From: Malacoraja senta | Lineage: Eukaryota | NCBI GenBank assembly: GCA_038087875.1 | Contig: CM075987.1 | Location: 20,462,001 to 20,522,000, forward strand | DNA length: 60,000 bases | Direction of reading: 5' to 3' | Part shown: piece after piece, positions 36,271-50,309 of the stretch | Layout: every line of letters starts with the position of its first letter | Position numbering within the stretch: position 1 is the first letter of the stretch | Made by a program: the position numbers and the translations under genes | Notes under the pieces: model-generated | The model's input: only the letters and a program-made list of their open reading frames with translations | What the model was told of the DNA's origin: nothing | Database searches by the model: none

Positions 36271-38423
36271 TGTATTTCATTTAACTCTGCCCTGTTCATG
36301 CTCAATTTCATCAACATATCTTGTTTAATGCACATCCAAAACTATCGTTGTTAAGTGCACCCACAAGTGCAAACTCGATGCCTGATGTTGGCAAAGGCTT
36401 GACACTGTAACGACTAGGCGGCTTTTAAAAAATCGAAGCAGGTCGTGAGAGAGAATTTCCACGAGACTTCGTCAAATTGGAGCAAACACATGCACCGTGT
36501 AAACCCAGCCATCCCTTTTGAAATAAGCTTCATGTTGAAACTAATTAAACTGTATTTGCAGATCTCACTGTTGCTTATCAGCTTCGACACAGAGTTTTGT
36601 TGACTATAGTGAAAGCATTTGTTTGGGAACAAGGTGAGAGGATTCCTTTCAGGCTCTTTGTACGATACCTTAATTGGTGCATGTGGCAATAAATGTGAAC
36701 TTGAACTTTGACTTGACCAAGGTGTGCACCAACTCCCTTCAACTTATTCTGAGGAAGAATCTGATCATTCAGTAATTGTCGAACGCTACAACAATGCCGG
36801 CACATCAGAAACTGCTTCATTGCTGCAGAGTGGTTTGGGTGATCCTAAGATGGTACACAAGGATGTAGAGTCCTGGAGCTGTACAGGATGGAAACAAACC
36901 CTTCAGCCCACCCTGTCTATGCCGATCAAGTCCCATTTTCCTGCATTTAGCCCAAATCCCTCATCGTCCGAACTATCCATATATCTGTCTATCTTTTGAG
37001 TTGTAATTGTTTTTGCTTGTATAGCTTCCTCTGGCTTCTCATTCCAGATACGGAGTACCCTCCAAGTGAAGGTGTTCCTGAGGTCCCTCTTAAATCTCTC
37101 CTCCTCAACTCAACTCACATTTTCGATCTTCTCCCCTGGGAAAAACACAGAATCTTCACTTTATCCACTCATCACTCAACTTCCTTTGCTACAAAGAAAA
37201 GATCTCACCCTGTCCAACCTGTGAGGAGCAGATCTTTGTGTTTTTACGCTTTCCTCTCTGCTGTGATGCCTGTGTGCCTCAGCTTGTGTACTCAGCATCT
37301 ATTGATCCTGATTAGTGTGAGGAGCAGATTCTGTGATCCTTCAGCTTGCGTGTTGGGCAAGAGTCCAGCTGCTCCATTCCGTTAAGTGATGAAAGTAGCC
37401 ATGGAAATAATGACTGAGAAATGGGTAAACCTGATGTTGTTGCAGCCTCTGGCAGTAACTACCAGTGGGGACAGGAACTCATTGACAGGAAGTCCAAAGT
37501 TTTCAAAACCATGACCTTTTGGAAGACATAGACAACAAAACCAAGATGGCAGCTCAGTCAGCAAGGGTAGGACCCTTGGGTGTCATTGAGAATTGATGGG
37601 TGGGATCAGGAAGATTGAGAGAACCTCTGCCACAGTTGACATCCTTTTGAAGGCTGAAGTGCACTCCTTGGTCAAGTGTGAGCCTACTGGCGAGAGTCGG
37701 ACTGAAAGGAACACGTTTTATTGCATTGGGTGACCAATTTGAATATGCGTGTTGCTCTTTACTGATTTATGGAATCCATTAAAACAGTCCAAAAATGGGG
37801 TGTGCTTGACCTCAACATTGGAAGTGAAATATATCACTGTGCATCAAATAGAGCCCAAACATCGACAGTAAAAGGATTTAAATAAATGTTTATTACATCT
37901 TTTATTCCATACTTTTAAAATCTTCCACGCAATGTAGTAGGTGTTGATAGATATATTAAAACTAATAAAATGACACTCCTTCCAGCCCCGTGCACACATA
38001 TCCCATGCTCCATTCCATGCATTTGAAACATTGCAACGCCTATAGTCGCCAACTTTCCTTCAGGACTTTTATGAATTTGTTTTTCAGTAATTAATTTACT
38101 AAAATAAGACGAAACTGAACCTTAAATTCCAGAGCTAATTCAAAATTCAAGGCACCAGAGAAGCAAATTTGCTGCTTTATTATAAATGGGGAAAGTCAGA
38201 CCTGTTTGGTGTTAAAATGGTGTTGAACATTAAGTATTTTGCAAGGAATTGTTAATAAGACGATATGTGGTCTCTATATTGATACCAGTGGCAAAATGAT
38301 TCAAAATTTCAAACATTTAAACGTGTATCAAAAATGTGCAGCATTTTATGATTCACCACCCTCTGACTAAAATTACCTGCTGTCCTTCCATCTTTTTTTT
38401 TTCCTTTCACAGGTGTCCTGGAA

Positions 38424-38795
38424 TAAAATTATAAAAGGACTGGACAGGCTAGATGCAGGAAATTTTTTCCCAATGTTGGGCGAGTCCAGAACCAAGGGCC
38501 ACAGTCTTAGAATAAAGGGGAGGCCATTTAGGACTGAGGTGAGAAAAATCTTTTTCACCCAGAGAGTTGTGAATTTGTGGAATTCCCTGCCACAGAGGGC
38601 AGTGGAGGCCAAATCACTGGATGGATTTAAGAGAGAGTTAGATAGAGCTCTAGGGGCTGGTGGAATCGAGGGATATGGGGGAGAAGGCAGGCACGGGTTA
38701 TTGATTGGGGACGAACAGCCATGATCACAATGAATGGCGGTGCTGGCTCGAAGGGCCGAATGGCCTCCTCCTGCACCTATTTTCTATGTTCTATG
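38424..38795 (+). mobile_element. CR1 LINE 3' fragment
   Basis: KIIKGLDRLDAGNFFPMLGESRTKGHSLRIKG...VVNLWNSLP followed by the 3'UTR. Confidence 0.9.
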
Positions 38796-38867
38796 AATGC
38801 ATTTGAGAGGTGTGGAAGTGAATTATATCCATGGTTAAAAATACAACCAAATTCTGCTGATTGACTA

Positions 38868-39333
38868 CAGTGCCCTCCATAATGTTTGAGACAGGTTAGG
38901 ATGTGTCTGTGCACTTCAGAATTCATTATGGTACTACCATCAGCAGTTGTATCATCAATGAAGATAAGTGAGCCAGTTCCTTCAGCAGCCATACATGCCC
39001 AGGCCATAACACCCCCACCACCATGTTTCGCAGATGAGGTGGTATGATTTGGATCTTGGGCAGTTCCTTCTCTCCTCCATACTTTGCTCTTGCAATCACT
39101 CAGATATAAGTTAATCTTCGTCTCATCTGTCCTCAAGACCTTTTTCCAGAACTGTGGTTGCTCTTTTAAGTACTTCTTGGTGAGCAATGTATAAAAATGG
39201 CCTTTATTAAAATCTGACAATGTGCACTTTCACCACATGTGATTTTTTTTTCTATTACAAATCTCAAATTGTGGAGTACAGAGGCAAATAAATAAATGAT
39301 AGGTCTTTGTCCCAAACATTATGGAGGGCACTG
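38868..39333 (-). mobile_element. Internally deleted Tc1-family DNA transposon with both termini and TA TSD
   Basis: TA|CAGTGCCCTCCATAATGTTTG(A/G)GACA at 38868-38893, inverted copy at 39308-39333, then TA. Internal FWKKVLRTDETKINL...KHGGGGVMAWACMAAEGTGSLIFID is Tc1 transposase. Confidence 0.93.
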
Positions 39334-40487
39334 TATCTCCACAGACGCTACAAGACCTGCTAAGTACTTAAAGTATTTTCTGTTTTAATTTATAATTTTA
39401 ACTTTACTGGGGCTAAGAGGCAAGAATCAACTAAATGCACTTTACTTTTAGTAATTTCAATCGTTTTTGAAAAACCTGCAGCAGTTATTACTACTGCCTC
39501 AGATAAGTAAGGGGGGGGGAGCATTGTGTGACCTGCATAGCCTTAGTATCAGGAGAAAAAAGGACTGGGCAATACATGGGCAGATCGTGGGGGCTCTTTG
39601 GTCAAGCATGAAGGGAGAAAGCAGGAACGGGGTACTGATTGGGGATGATCAGCCATAATCACATTGAATGGCGGTGCAGGCTCGAAGGGCCGAATGGCCT
39701 ACTGTTGCACCTATTGTCATAAATGTTAAAATTGTTCCGGGTGAACCATTCTGTTCACTTGTCTATCCTGTGAGAAAAGTAAACACACTCTGACGCAAGA
39801 AAGGACTAGTCTTGACGGTTGCTGTGACACCGCTGTTTAAATTAATAAATGATCTGTCTCACTGGGTTGCTTGGAACCATGTCCTGGAGATTAATGCTCA
39901 GGTCCTGGATCAGCTGGAGATTGGGCTGTATTGGGAAGCCTACATCAACCATGGCCAAGGGGAGCACTGTGGGGCCACTTTCATTAACAATTCAAGATCA
40001 CCACTCTTTGACAAACAATCGGTATCTGTCACTGGATCTTTTTCAGCTGTGATCTTTTCCACTTCTGAATCAGGCCTCACCTTCACCAACTGGAAGGACA
40101 GAGACTGGGTGGAGGGCAACATCAGTGCTCACATTCTCCTCCGAGTGACCCAGCTCCCAGCTGCAGCATAGAACAGCCCTTCCTTCCCTATCAAGTCCTG
40201 GAGCTTCCTCACAGTATCACCTGCGCACAGACTGCAGCAGTTCACAAGGGCAGCGCTGGTGGGCTGGGCAGTATTACCAGCCAGGGGTGCCCTCGTTCCA
40301 TGGACCAATATCCAAGAGGTTTGAAAGGAAACAATGCAAACTCCTAGTCCTTGTTGCTCAGACGAGGTTTTCACAAACTCACATCCTGGCCGCAGATCGT
40401 CATAACACAAACCATACCGGCCGCTGCTTACCCGATGGGACTCCACACCAACTCGTGCAGGGCCAGCCTGTCGACCGCCAATCCGTG

Positions 40488-40652
<165 letters not shown>

Positions 40653-41257
40653 TCAGAAGGGATTAACTGAACCTCCGCTGATATTGCTACCATCTGTAAT
40701 AGACACAAGATGTTTTAATTGACAACTGTGGGGTTTGAGTTAAAAGAGTCAGAAACCTTTGAGGACTAATCAATGAGGTTCAGTTATGATTTAGTTCCAG
40801 TCCATTTCAGTCCAATCTAGTTTAATTTGCCAATCCCATTGTTCTCATCCAGTTCAGAGCTCTTGATCCAACCTTGATCCAGTCTACTGAGTAGCAAGTG
40901 ATTAGGGTCAAGGATACACTGTCCAGGGTAGTCATGGAGACAGATTCAATGGTGGCTTTCCAAGAGAGCTGAAAGGAAGGAATTTGCAAGGCAGTGGGGA
41001 GAGGGTGAGGGATTTGGGACAAACTGGATTGTTCTTACACAAAGCCAATATGAGCTTAATGGGCTGTTTGGCCTCCACCTGTGCTCTCACCATCCCATTG
41101 CTGTACTAATATCAGTTTACATGTGATAAACATCCACATTGCTTCAATTAACATTTAGGATCTAAACTTTGAAGAATCTAATGAGCCAGAATCAGCAGGT
41201 ACTAATCCATACATTGCAAGGGGTAGGTGTTGCAAATGAAGGACAAGTCACTCCTAC

Positions 41258-41395
41258 CTCATGTGAGAAGATGATGGCCAGAATTCCTGACAACAGGCAG
41301 CAGAAGACGGTGACCAGAACTGATTCCACCATGTAGTCCTTAGGAGATCTCCTCTGTTCCTGTGCTGATTGGAATCCAGGCAATGGATAATTATA
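41258..41395 (-). CDS. PRRT1B: PRRT1B coding exon 3, 138 nt (CD225 domain, first hydrophobic segment)
   Basis: Minus strand ttgcag|TAT AAT TAT...CAT GAG|gtagga. Translates YNYPLPGFQSAQEQRRSPKDYMVESVLVTVFCCLLSGILAIIFSHE, with the dispanin PKDY...FCC...G..AI..S signature. Confidence 0.95.
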
Positions 41396-43589
41396 CTGCA
41401 AGAAAAGGGGCAAACTGCTAAAAACATAGACAAAGACACAAAGATACCATTTCCTTCCTAATTTCTGCTGCCGAGTACCACATCCCTCCAGATTGATGGA
41501 ATCAGAGGCTTGAAAGGGGTTGCGTATTGTTGTTGAGCTGCCACTTAGTGTCCATTAAACCACTGAGAAGACGTTATCCTCACCGACACCAGAAGCAGCT
41601 CTTTAGCCATGGGTGGAAGATGACACAAAGGAGATGATTGCCAATTCATTCACTGCAACGCAAGAATCTCCTCCATCACCTGCCGACACTGTACAGCACC
41701 ACCTCCAATTATAGCAACTCAAAATGAAGCCACCGCTTAGTTTGGACACGGCTAAAATCCTGTCAGCTAATGTACACATTCCCCATAGATCACCTGCCAT
41801 TTCCAAATGACTTTATCCTGCTGTATCCTTTGACAATCTCTCACTGTCCACAATGTCCATGTCATCTGCAAACTTAATTAATCAGACCATCTACATTTTC
41901 ATTCAAATCAGTAATATATATTACGAAGCCACAGAAGATCGAGATACTATTGCAGAAAATACTGATCCTTGCAGAACCCCACAAATCTTCAGGTAGAACA
42001 GCACCCATCTACCCCTACGTCTGATCAAGCCAATTTTGGATTGTTTACCATCTTACCATGGACCTAGGTTGGTGGGGATTCTACACTTTTTTTTAAATGG
42101 CTTTGAGAACATTCTCAAATTCTCCTGGTTATGCCTTGCCACACATCAGAATAAAAGTCTACTTCAGGAGTCTGGGGTTGGGAATATAGGCCTCAACAAC
42201 ATTACACTATATCATATAATATATGTTATGAATAATATCATCATATATGTATGTATACATGATATATTACTGAGATCATATTTACATACATATGAGACCA
42301 TATGTCTCATTATTATTATGTAATTATCCTGGGTTTGTGAAAGGCAATACAGAAATGCGGAGATTTAAAAAAAATATTATTATCTCGCGTCCTCTGTATT
42401 TGTCCAGCCTTAGCTGCGGGCCAACCCACTCACAGACTGGGAACTGGCTTGAGTCATCTACTCGCTGAGCCATTGGGAAGTGGGGGCTCGGGGGTTCATG
42501 ATTCCACAGCAGCGGTTTCATGAGGATGGGCCAGTTACCGCACTTTGGCCAGCTGAAGGCCACAAATTCTGCTTTGGAAAATCTACCCTCTTCAGATAGT
42601 TTCCAAGTTACATTTGCTTGTAGAATTGTTGATCAATGGGGAGAGCACAACATAAAGAGATCATAGCAACACCAATTGATACAGCTTAAAGGTGAATGTT
42701 CCTAAAAAGATAAAACCTTAGAGGAGTTTACAGATCTGACCTGGGCAAATGGGATTAGTGTAGCTGGGCAAAAAGGTTGGCATGAAAGTGGTGGGCTGAA
42801 GGGCCTTTTCTATGTTGTACAACTCCATATTCAATTTCCCTTTAAGCAGATCATTGAACCTACTTCCACTAAGTTTTCAAACCTTAAGAACATGCTGTAC
42901 ATAATAACATTCTGCCTATGCGCTGTCTGTCTGAATCAATCGTCCCTGAAAATTGATTATCCGATCATTTATCATACTACCAGGTTCTTGTTGTGCACAA
43001 TTTAGTCACCACATTCTCTCTTTTAAATATCTACACTTCAAAAATATTCAAAAGAATACTGTAGATCCTGACCAGATGAGATGAGAACAGATAATGAATG
43101 GTAAAAAGAACAGAGCAGGAATCATCTTTCGAGAGAGAAACAGTTAATGTTTCAACTCGATGACCTTTGATCAGATCTTGTTCCGGATACAACATTGATA
43201 GCACAAATATAACTGTAAACTTAAGATATTGGCCGACATTTTTCAACTGTGGATCTTCAAATTTGATTCCCTCTTTATACTAACATCTCTTTGATAGACG
43301 TCACAGAACATTTGCATTTGGTAGATCATGTTCATTGCTCTGTATTTTTAGGTGTTTGTGTATCTGTGTGTGTTGAAACACTGTGTGCACACTACCCTTC
43401 TGTGAGTTCCAACCAGTTGGAGAATTCAATGCTGATCTTATCAGCAAGAAGTGAACTAAAGACGAGGAGGTTTAAATTACAGGACTGGCATAATGATTAA
43501 CTGAAGCTTCTCACTTTGATGACTTTACCCTGGACCCAGTAAAGTAATCCAGTACTGTGACTGCAATCAAACAAAGCTTTGTTATAAAA

Positions 43590-44095
43590 CTTTGGTTCAG
43601 CAACATTTGGAGTATTGTGTGCAGGTCTGGTTGCCCCACAATGGGAAGAGTGGAGACTTTGGAGAGGGTGCAGGAGAGGTTTACCAGGATGTTCCCTGGA
43701 TTGGAGTGTATTAGCTTTAAGGAGAGGTTGGATAAACCTGGAGCGACCTGACAGATTGATAGACAGATACAACTTAGAAAAAGGCCCTTTGGCCCACCGA
43801 GTTTATGCCAACCGACGATTATGCATACACACTAGTTCTATGTTATCCCACTTTCCCATCCACTGACTACACAAATAAGAGGGCAATTAACATACAAACC
43901 CACACGTCTTTGGTATGGGGGAGGAAGCCAGAGTGGAGGAAATCGCTGTCACAGGAAGAATGTGTAAACTGCACAGAGGCAGCAACTGAGAAACCAGCAC
44001 ACCCGAAGGAAACCCACGCGGTCAGGGAGAACGTGCCAACTCCACATTGAGAAACCTAATGTCAGGGTTGAACCCAGGTCTCTGGCGCTGTGAAC
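43590..44095. mobile_element. CR1 fragment (+, about 43590-43742) followed by a tRNA-derived SINE (-, about 43760-44095) in PRRT1B intron 2
   Basis: HLEYCV...LERVQERFTRMFPGL; SINE domain and B-box-like GGGTTCAACCC on the minus strand. Confidence 0.7.
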
Positions 44096-44695
44096 TGTGG
44101 GGCGTACACAAACCTCAGGAGCCGCCCCAAATCTGCAATCCCGAGGGATGCCGGGAAAGGAGAATTAGGGAAGATCACAGCCGATTTGTGACCATTAACA
44201 TCCCTTAGAACAGTACAACACAGGAACAGGCCCTTCAGCCCACAATGCTCCTAACATTTTCTACACATCATGTGCCCATCCAAAAGCTTCTTAAATGCCA
44301 CCATCGTGTCATGTTCAGCAGGATAATGGCCATCTTTCTAATGGTTGGTTGATGGAGAGCACCCTTGCTCTTCCTCCACAGCCTCCGTGAGAATATTCAA
44401 ATACCAGGGGAAACAAGACAACCAAACCCGAGAAGGCATGGCAGCTGAAGTACAGGCATGTGTTGTGGCCCCTGCCTTTACAGATGCTGCTCACTAATCA
44501 GTCGCATGCATCAATGATGTGAACTAATGAGTATGAATAGTCTCATTTTCTGAAAATAAATTTGTTTAAAGTTATATTTTGTTCCATTTAAAATTATTCA
44601 GAGTTTTGCCAGTTTGGTTCAATCTTGTTCCCTGTATTGAATTCCTGCTCAAGTATCTGTAGAACATTTGAATTATTAAAAGAGGCACTACTTAC

Positions 44696-45147
44696 AATTG
44701 AGAAAGGATAGGGGCCAGGAAGGGCTTGCTGATTTTGACAGAAGACTTGATCCTGTGCTCCTGGCTGGTAAACAACAGGTAACTGTCTCGTGAAAGGGGT
44801 CCCAAAGGAAGGGTAGAGCAGGTGGAACGTCTTTGGATCTGGTGGTGAATATGGAGGAGGCTCTCCCACGTAGGCTCTGTTTGTATATCCCAGCGAGTTT
44901 GCGTCCTGCTCCACCTCGATCGTATCCTTTGGTTGGGCAGCAGAGTCAACAGTGCAATGGTTCCGGCCAGTGCTCTCTGCAGAGTTCGATACCTGGCTAT
45001 GGGTGAAAGGAGGCTCCTCAATGAGCTCAACGGAGGGGATGGCTGAGGCCACCACTTGCACCAGCCCTTCCGTCGCACTTTCTTCTCGGTTCCCATCGTC
45101 TCTCGATCTCCTCTCTCTTTGAGCTTCATGTTCACGCCCTGCTGAGC
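44696..45147 (-). CDS. PRRT1B: PRRT1B coding exon 2, 452 nt (proline-rich N-terminal region)
   Basis: Minus strand tttcttcag|GC TCA GCA GGG...TTC TCA ATT|gtaagt. Open frame containing YVGEPPPYSPPDPKTFHLLYP, close to the human PRRT1B motif GEPPPYAPPDPK as recalled. Confidence 0.92.
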
Positions 45148-45613
45148 CTGAAGAAATGCAAAATATGAACAGCTTTGTATTTGATATATAATATCTTATA
45201 CAATAAGATATCTAGTACACCCTAAAGAACTATATGGCAAATAAAGTATATTCAAAGTGTGTAGTCCGTGTTACAAATTTTATGCCTACTTTTTAATAAG
45301 TAGGAATAAATCTGACTATCTTGCACACTTTCAACTGTAACTAGAAGTTCTTAATATTCAAGGTATGTTTCAACATTAATTGGGGAAAGAGGCTGACGCC
45401 AAATCCAATGATCATCGATCATTGACTCTGATAGTCAAAATCATCCCCGGCCTCTGATTCCATGGTGCTAACATTACCATCATTGAACTTGTAAAACTGT
45501 GTTCACTGGACATGGATATTGATGAACATTTATAGCCCATTCATACTTCCCCCTGACTGAGAAGCCAGGAAAGAATCAAATACTTTGATGGGACTTTAGT
45601 CACATACATAACA

Positions 45614-45712
45614 AAGATAGACACCAAATGCTGGCGTAACTCTGTGGGACAAGCAGCATCTCTGGAGAAGAGAAATGGGTGACGTTTCGGTTGGAGACCC
45701 TTCTTCAGGCTG
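45614..45712 (-). mobile_element. Penelope-derived short repeat with hammerhead-like motif (45677-45710)
   Basis: Minus strand CTGAAGA-A-GGGT CTCC AACC-GAAA-CG-TC-ACCC, with one stem II mismatch. It is sense to the PRRT1B pre-mRNA. Confidence 0.75.
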
Positions 45713-46842
45713 GTTGGTGGAGGATGGCAGATTGAGTTTTACAACCATGTCAAAGCTTATCCTGTAGTTGGTTTATATTTAAATTTTAAAAAAGCAATTT
45801 TGTCCATTTTAAAGACGTAGTATTAGATAAGAAAGCTTTTCATTTTTGCAGACTTGGTTATAATAGAAGTTTGTTTAACCAAACAAGGATGGAAGAACTT
45901 GTTCTCAATCACGTGAAGAGAGAACCGAGTCATTTCACGCACCGTGCTGTGGCACTGGCAGAACTTATATTTAAATATTGAAAAAAAAAAAAATCCAATG
46001 TTTCCTGCTGAACTTTTCAGCCTTGGTCATGTGTCAACTATTCCCGATTCAGACAAAAGACTGCCCCACGGTGGGAGAACTTGCAATGATGTAGAGCACC
46101 TGATATTGTGTCAGCCGGTGCATTCGATTTTCACTGTGAATTCATTGAATGTGGGAAGATCTGAGGGACAAGCCCCCAATAACATCAAGCCCACCACCTC
46201 AATTTACACTATTGCTCAAAGGCAAAATCACACCCAGGGTGTAACTATACAATAATAACTGAGAGCTTGTGGTCTCAAAGGAACTACACTGTTGCAAATC
46301 TGAGAAACTGAGCAGTGTACTGCTGTTACTTGGTGTAACACCCCTGCCATCGAAAGAGATCAAATTGTTCAACTTACTGTTAACAACCTCAGTGGAGACT
46401 GTTTGCAAGGACCAACACATCAACAAGAAATTATTCTCGTCATTTCTAACAATTCTCTCTACAGCTGAATCCATTGTGGGTGGTCTTAACAGATAGTTAA
46501 TTTAAAAAAGACCAAAGTTGGGATCAGTGCATGTGCAGCACAGAAAGAGACCGTTCGTCCCATCTAGTTTATACTGGTGCCACATGAACCTTCTCCCACC
46601 GTACTCCATCTCATCCATCAACAGCTCCTTCTGCTCCTGTCCACCAGGTGTAGATCAAGCTTCCCCGGAACTGTTCACTGCTAGTACACCTTGTGGAAGC
46701 ACATTCCGCACTCTAAACGCTCACTGTGTAAAGAACTGTCTCCTGAATAGATGATTGTATTGCCCTGTTTTATGCGTGATGTTTAATTAATGGATTGACT
46801 GTTTAATTTCTTATCACTTTGTATTTGTTTAGTTATCCAACC

Positions 46843-46846
<4 letters not shown>

Positions 46847-46915
<69 letters not shown>
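46847..46915. repeat. (TA)n microsatellite
   Basis: Perfect TA run of about 34 units. Confidence 0.97.
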
Positions 46916-46920
<5 letters not shown>

Positions 46921-47163
46921 TTTATAAGTGTGTGTATATATATATATCCAATGAATGGAAAAAGCAACCATGCAAGCAATGACTAATGCATCGTGCAGCA
47001 CTTAGATAAGTAACACTTTGAAAGACAGTGACAAAATTTTAAGAATGTTCATTAGGAACGACAAAATAATCAAACAACAAAATCATTGTATGCAAAAAAC
47101 TTTCTTTCAACCATTAGATAATTTTGTGTTATTCATTTGTACATTAAAGGCTTGGTCAAAGAG

Positions 47164-47514
47164 CATAGGAAGGAATTGCAGATGCTGGTTTAAACCGAAG
47201 ATAGACACAAAATGCTGGGGTAACTCAGCGGGACAGGTAGCATCCCTGGAGAGAAGGAATGAGTGTCATTTTGGGTCAAGACCCTTCTTCAGACTGAAAG
47301 TCACGGCAAAGGGAAACGAGAGATGTAGACAATCATGTCGAGAGACATAGAACAGATGAATGAAAGATAAGAAAAAAAGTAATAATGATAAAGGAAACAG
47401 GCCATCATTATTAGCTATAAATACATGAGAATGAAAGCTTGTGTGGCTTGGGTGGGGAAGGGATGGAGAGAGAGGGGAATGCAGGGGTTACTTGAAGTTG
47501 GATAAATCAATATC
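47164..47514 (-). mobile_element. Penelope terminal repeat with endonuclease C-terminal remnant
   Basis: Minus strand DIDLSNFK* followed by the terminal repeat. CAAAGAG is duplicated at 47157-47163 and 47515-47521. Confidence 0.8.
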
Positions 47515-48967
47515 CAAAGAGGTTTGGTTCTAAGAAGGTCAGAGAGGAAGAGAGACTTGGGGAAGGAACAACGAGCTCAATGCTCTATCCTTACTTTTAG
47601 TTCATTATTCCTTCCCTAAGCCTTTCCTTCTCTTTGACTCCTCCTCAAATTCAACTTCTTTGACCAAGTCTTTAATCCTAATATCTCTTTTATATGGTTC
47701 AGTTAGGATTTTGTTTGAAATGCCTTTTGATGTTTTAGCACAGTGTGCAAAGTGACAGCTGTTATTTATTATTTACTTTAATCTCGACACCGCCTTCCAG
47801 CTCCAGAATTACAGCTCTGCCTCCTCCTCCAAAATGGAGAGTTCAGCGTAAGATTCCAGCTTTGGCTGAATATTGCTCTGGTTCTCTTGTTCTCAGCCAG
47901 GTAGTCAAACAGACCTCTTCACAGAGATGAGATGTGAAACAGAAGGTTCCTGTGACGTTGCCAGGGTAGGTGCAAGATGCCGCTACCTCTGGATGGAACA
48001 TCCAGTTTCAAGATAGGGGGACAGCCATTCAGGACGGAGAAGAGGAGAGATTCCTTCACCCATTGAAGGCAAGTTGGGACAAAGGGCCTGTTTCCAAGTT
48101 GTAAGACTCTATAACTATATGACAGTGGGTAATTTGGGAAAATATTCACACAAGGATAAGGAGTCTGCCATTCAGGTCAGAGAAGAATCTCAGTAAGTCA
48201 TTTGGGGAAACCTTCACAGAAGAAAGATACTTGGAAATGTATTACCTCCAAGTTACATACTGGCTTGGAAAAAGATCGACATTGCTATTATATGGGCAAG
48301 AAGGATCTAAGATGTACCCAGCACCATCTTCTCAATGGACTGACCTTGCAGAAAAACCAACATTATAAGCATTATTCTGTAACAATTGACCAAGGAGCAG
48401 AAAAGCTGGACACAAAATCCATAGATCCTCTGGAGGTTATGGAAGATGTGCCAAGGTTGAGATTATAGGAGTCTTCTGTCTGCATTTACTACCTAGGTTT
48501 AGACAAAGGCAATTAAGGAAGTGCATTTTCTCCTTTGAGACGAATCTATTTTACAAGAATGGCAAGATCCTGAATCCACAATGATCTGATGTCCCACCTT
48601 CTTTCCCCCTCACTCCACACACTCCACTCTATGATAACAAGTAACTAACCTCCTCCACATCTACCCATCCAGCAACATTTGAGTTCCATGTACGGCGCCC
48701 CAGAACCATAGCTCCATGCCTCGCAGACCATTCAGCCCTGCCAATCTGCATTGATGTTCACCCTTCACAAGGAAAGAGCCCAAATCACAAGTCCTCCCAT
48801 GTTCCACTGTCTCTTGCCCGATGGAATCCGAACATTTACAAACCCTACCTCAGCCACTCACCTGGAGCTTAATTCAGAGACTCACATATCTGTCTATTGA
48901 TGATTCTCGCTCACACTTCTCCAAATCTCTTGTATTAATAGCCTTGGGCATTAGAACCAGCCATGTG

Positions 48968-49140
48968 GAAACAAGGAACTGCAGATGCTGGTTTACAAAA
49001 GTGCTGGGGTAACTCAGAGGGTCTGGCAGCATCTCTGGACAACCTTCCCATGAAGTAGCTTCACGACCCGAAACGTCACCCATCCATGTTCTCCAGGGAA
49101 GCTGCCTGACCCGCTGAGTTACTCGAGCACTCTGTGTCCT
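48968..49140. mobile_element. Fold-back Penelope-derived short element near the 5' end of PRRT1B intron 1
   Basis: Inverted arms GTGCTGGGGTAACTCAGAGGGTC...GCAGCATC and GCTGCCTGACCCGCTGAGTTACTCGAGCAC; GACCCGAAACGTCACC remnant. Confidence 0.75.
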
Positions 49141-49372
49141 CCCCACCTTAAACTTGGGGGGGGTCTGTCAGTACCAGACACGGCTGTTAGGGGGGGAGAG
49201 GTGCAAAACTACAAGATCCAGCCGTAAAGCTGATCAATAACTTCTCTGGACCACATATAAACTCGCAAAAGAAACGCAGTTGCAAACGCCAATGAGTTTG
49301 GCGGACATTTGCCCAACTTTCAGCCAGTCAATGCGGGTGAAGAAACCCTCCCTCGGGCTGTGAATGACATAC

Positions 49373-49382
49373 CTGATGCCAT
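49373..49382 (-). CDS. PRRT1B: PRRT1B coding exon 1 (ATG GCA TCA G)
   Basis: Minus strand gcagcg ATG GCA TCA G|gtatgt. Good Kozak context in a CpG-rich segment; the phase-1 end matches the phase needed by the exon ending at 45147. Confidence 0.8.
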
Positions 49383-49590
49383 CGCTGCTGCTGCTGCTGC
49401 TGCTCCTCGCACCGTGCCTGCCGCCTGCCGCCTTCACTCGCTGCCGGCGGGAGCAATGAACAAGTGGCCGAGTGCGTGTTTACAGAGCGGGGAGTAAAGA
49501 GGTGAAGCCGGGCGCTGCGGGGAGGGGAGGGGAGGGGAGGGGGCTGGGGGCTGGGGACGGCGACGTGTGGTACCGGCCCGCCTCACCTCA
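49383..49590 (-). promoter_or_regulatory. CpG/GC-rich 5'UTR and promoter region of PRRT1B
   Basis: High local CpG density in a CpG-poor background, directly upstream of the ATG. Contains (AGC)7 in the leader and GGGGA/GGGGCT repeats at about 49519-49556. Confidence 0.7.
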
Positions 49591-50134
49591 CATACACACA
49601 ATCATTTACTGCTCTCCACCAGATAAGGCCCATTATCTCCACGCACAGTGCATGCACCTTGAGCCAGTGGTTAACATTTAAAACGCGTTTTATTACACTT
49701 TCTTCCACCGGGTCAGGTGCAAACTTCAGTCCACTTTTCCGAGAACTAATAAAGCAGTAAAGGAAAAGGTTTTGTAGATTAATAATTTAAAGCAAAGGAC
49801 TTCGGTTTCAGTGGTTTGTAAATGCACAAGGAAACAATTCCAGGTTTTAACCGGTCTCAGATTTCTGTAGCAATTTCCCCAAAACAACTGTCTCCAGAGA
49901 CGTTTAAAAATAAACTACTTCTGAACTCTGGTAATGTCAGAGCCATAGAACACAGAAAGATACAGCAAAAGAACTGGCCCTTCGGCCACAAAGTCTGTGC
50001 CGAGGAATGATGCCACGATGAAGTAGTCATACAGCGCAGAAACATGTTCGACTTATGTACTTATCGACACTCTGGGTGGTTGTAATGGGAAAATCTATAG
50101 TTAGTGGCAAGACCCTTAACAGCCTTGAGGTCTA

Positions 50135-50309
50135 AGTCCACAGTGATCCCGCACATGTCCTACACACACGAGGGACAATTTACATTTATACCAAGCCAAT
50201 TAACCTACAAACCTGTAGGTCTTTGGGGTGTGGGAGGAAACCGGAGATCTTGGAGAAAATCCATGTGGGCACGAGGAGAACGTGCAAACTCTACTGAGCT
50301 GACAGCACC

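Noticed and set aside
44692..45135. 147-aa overlapping ORF in PRRT1B exon 2
   Set aside because: Alternative frame with no recognisable motifs; the splice phases support the GEPPPY frame.
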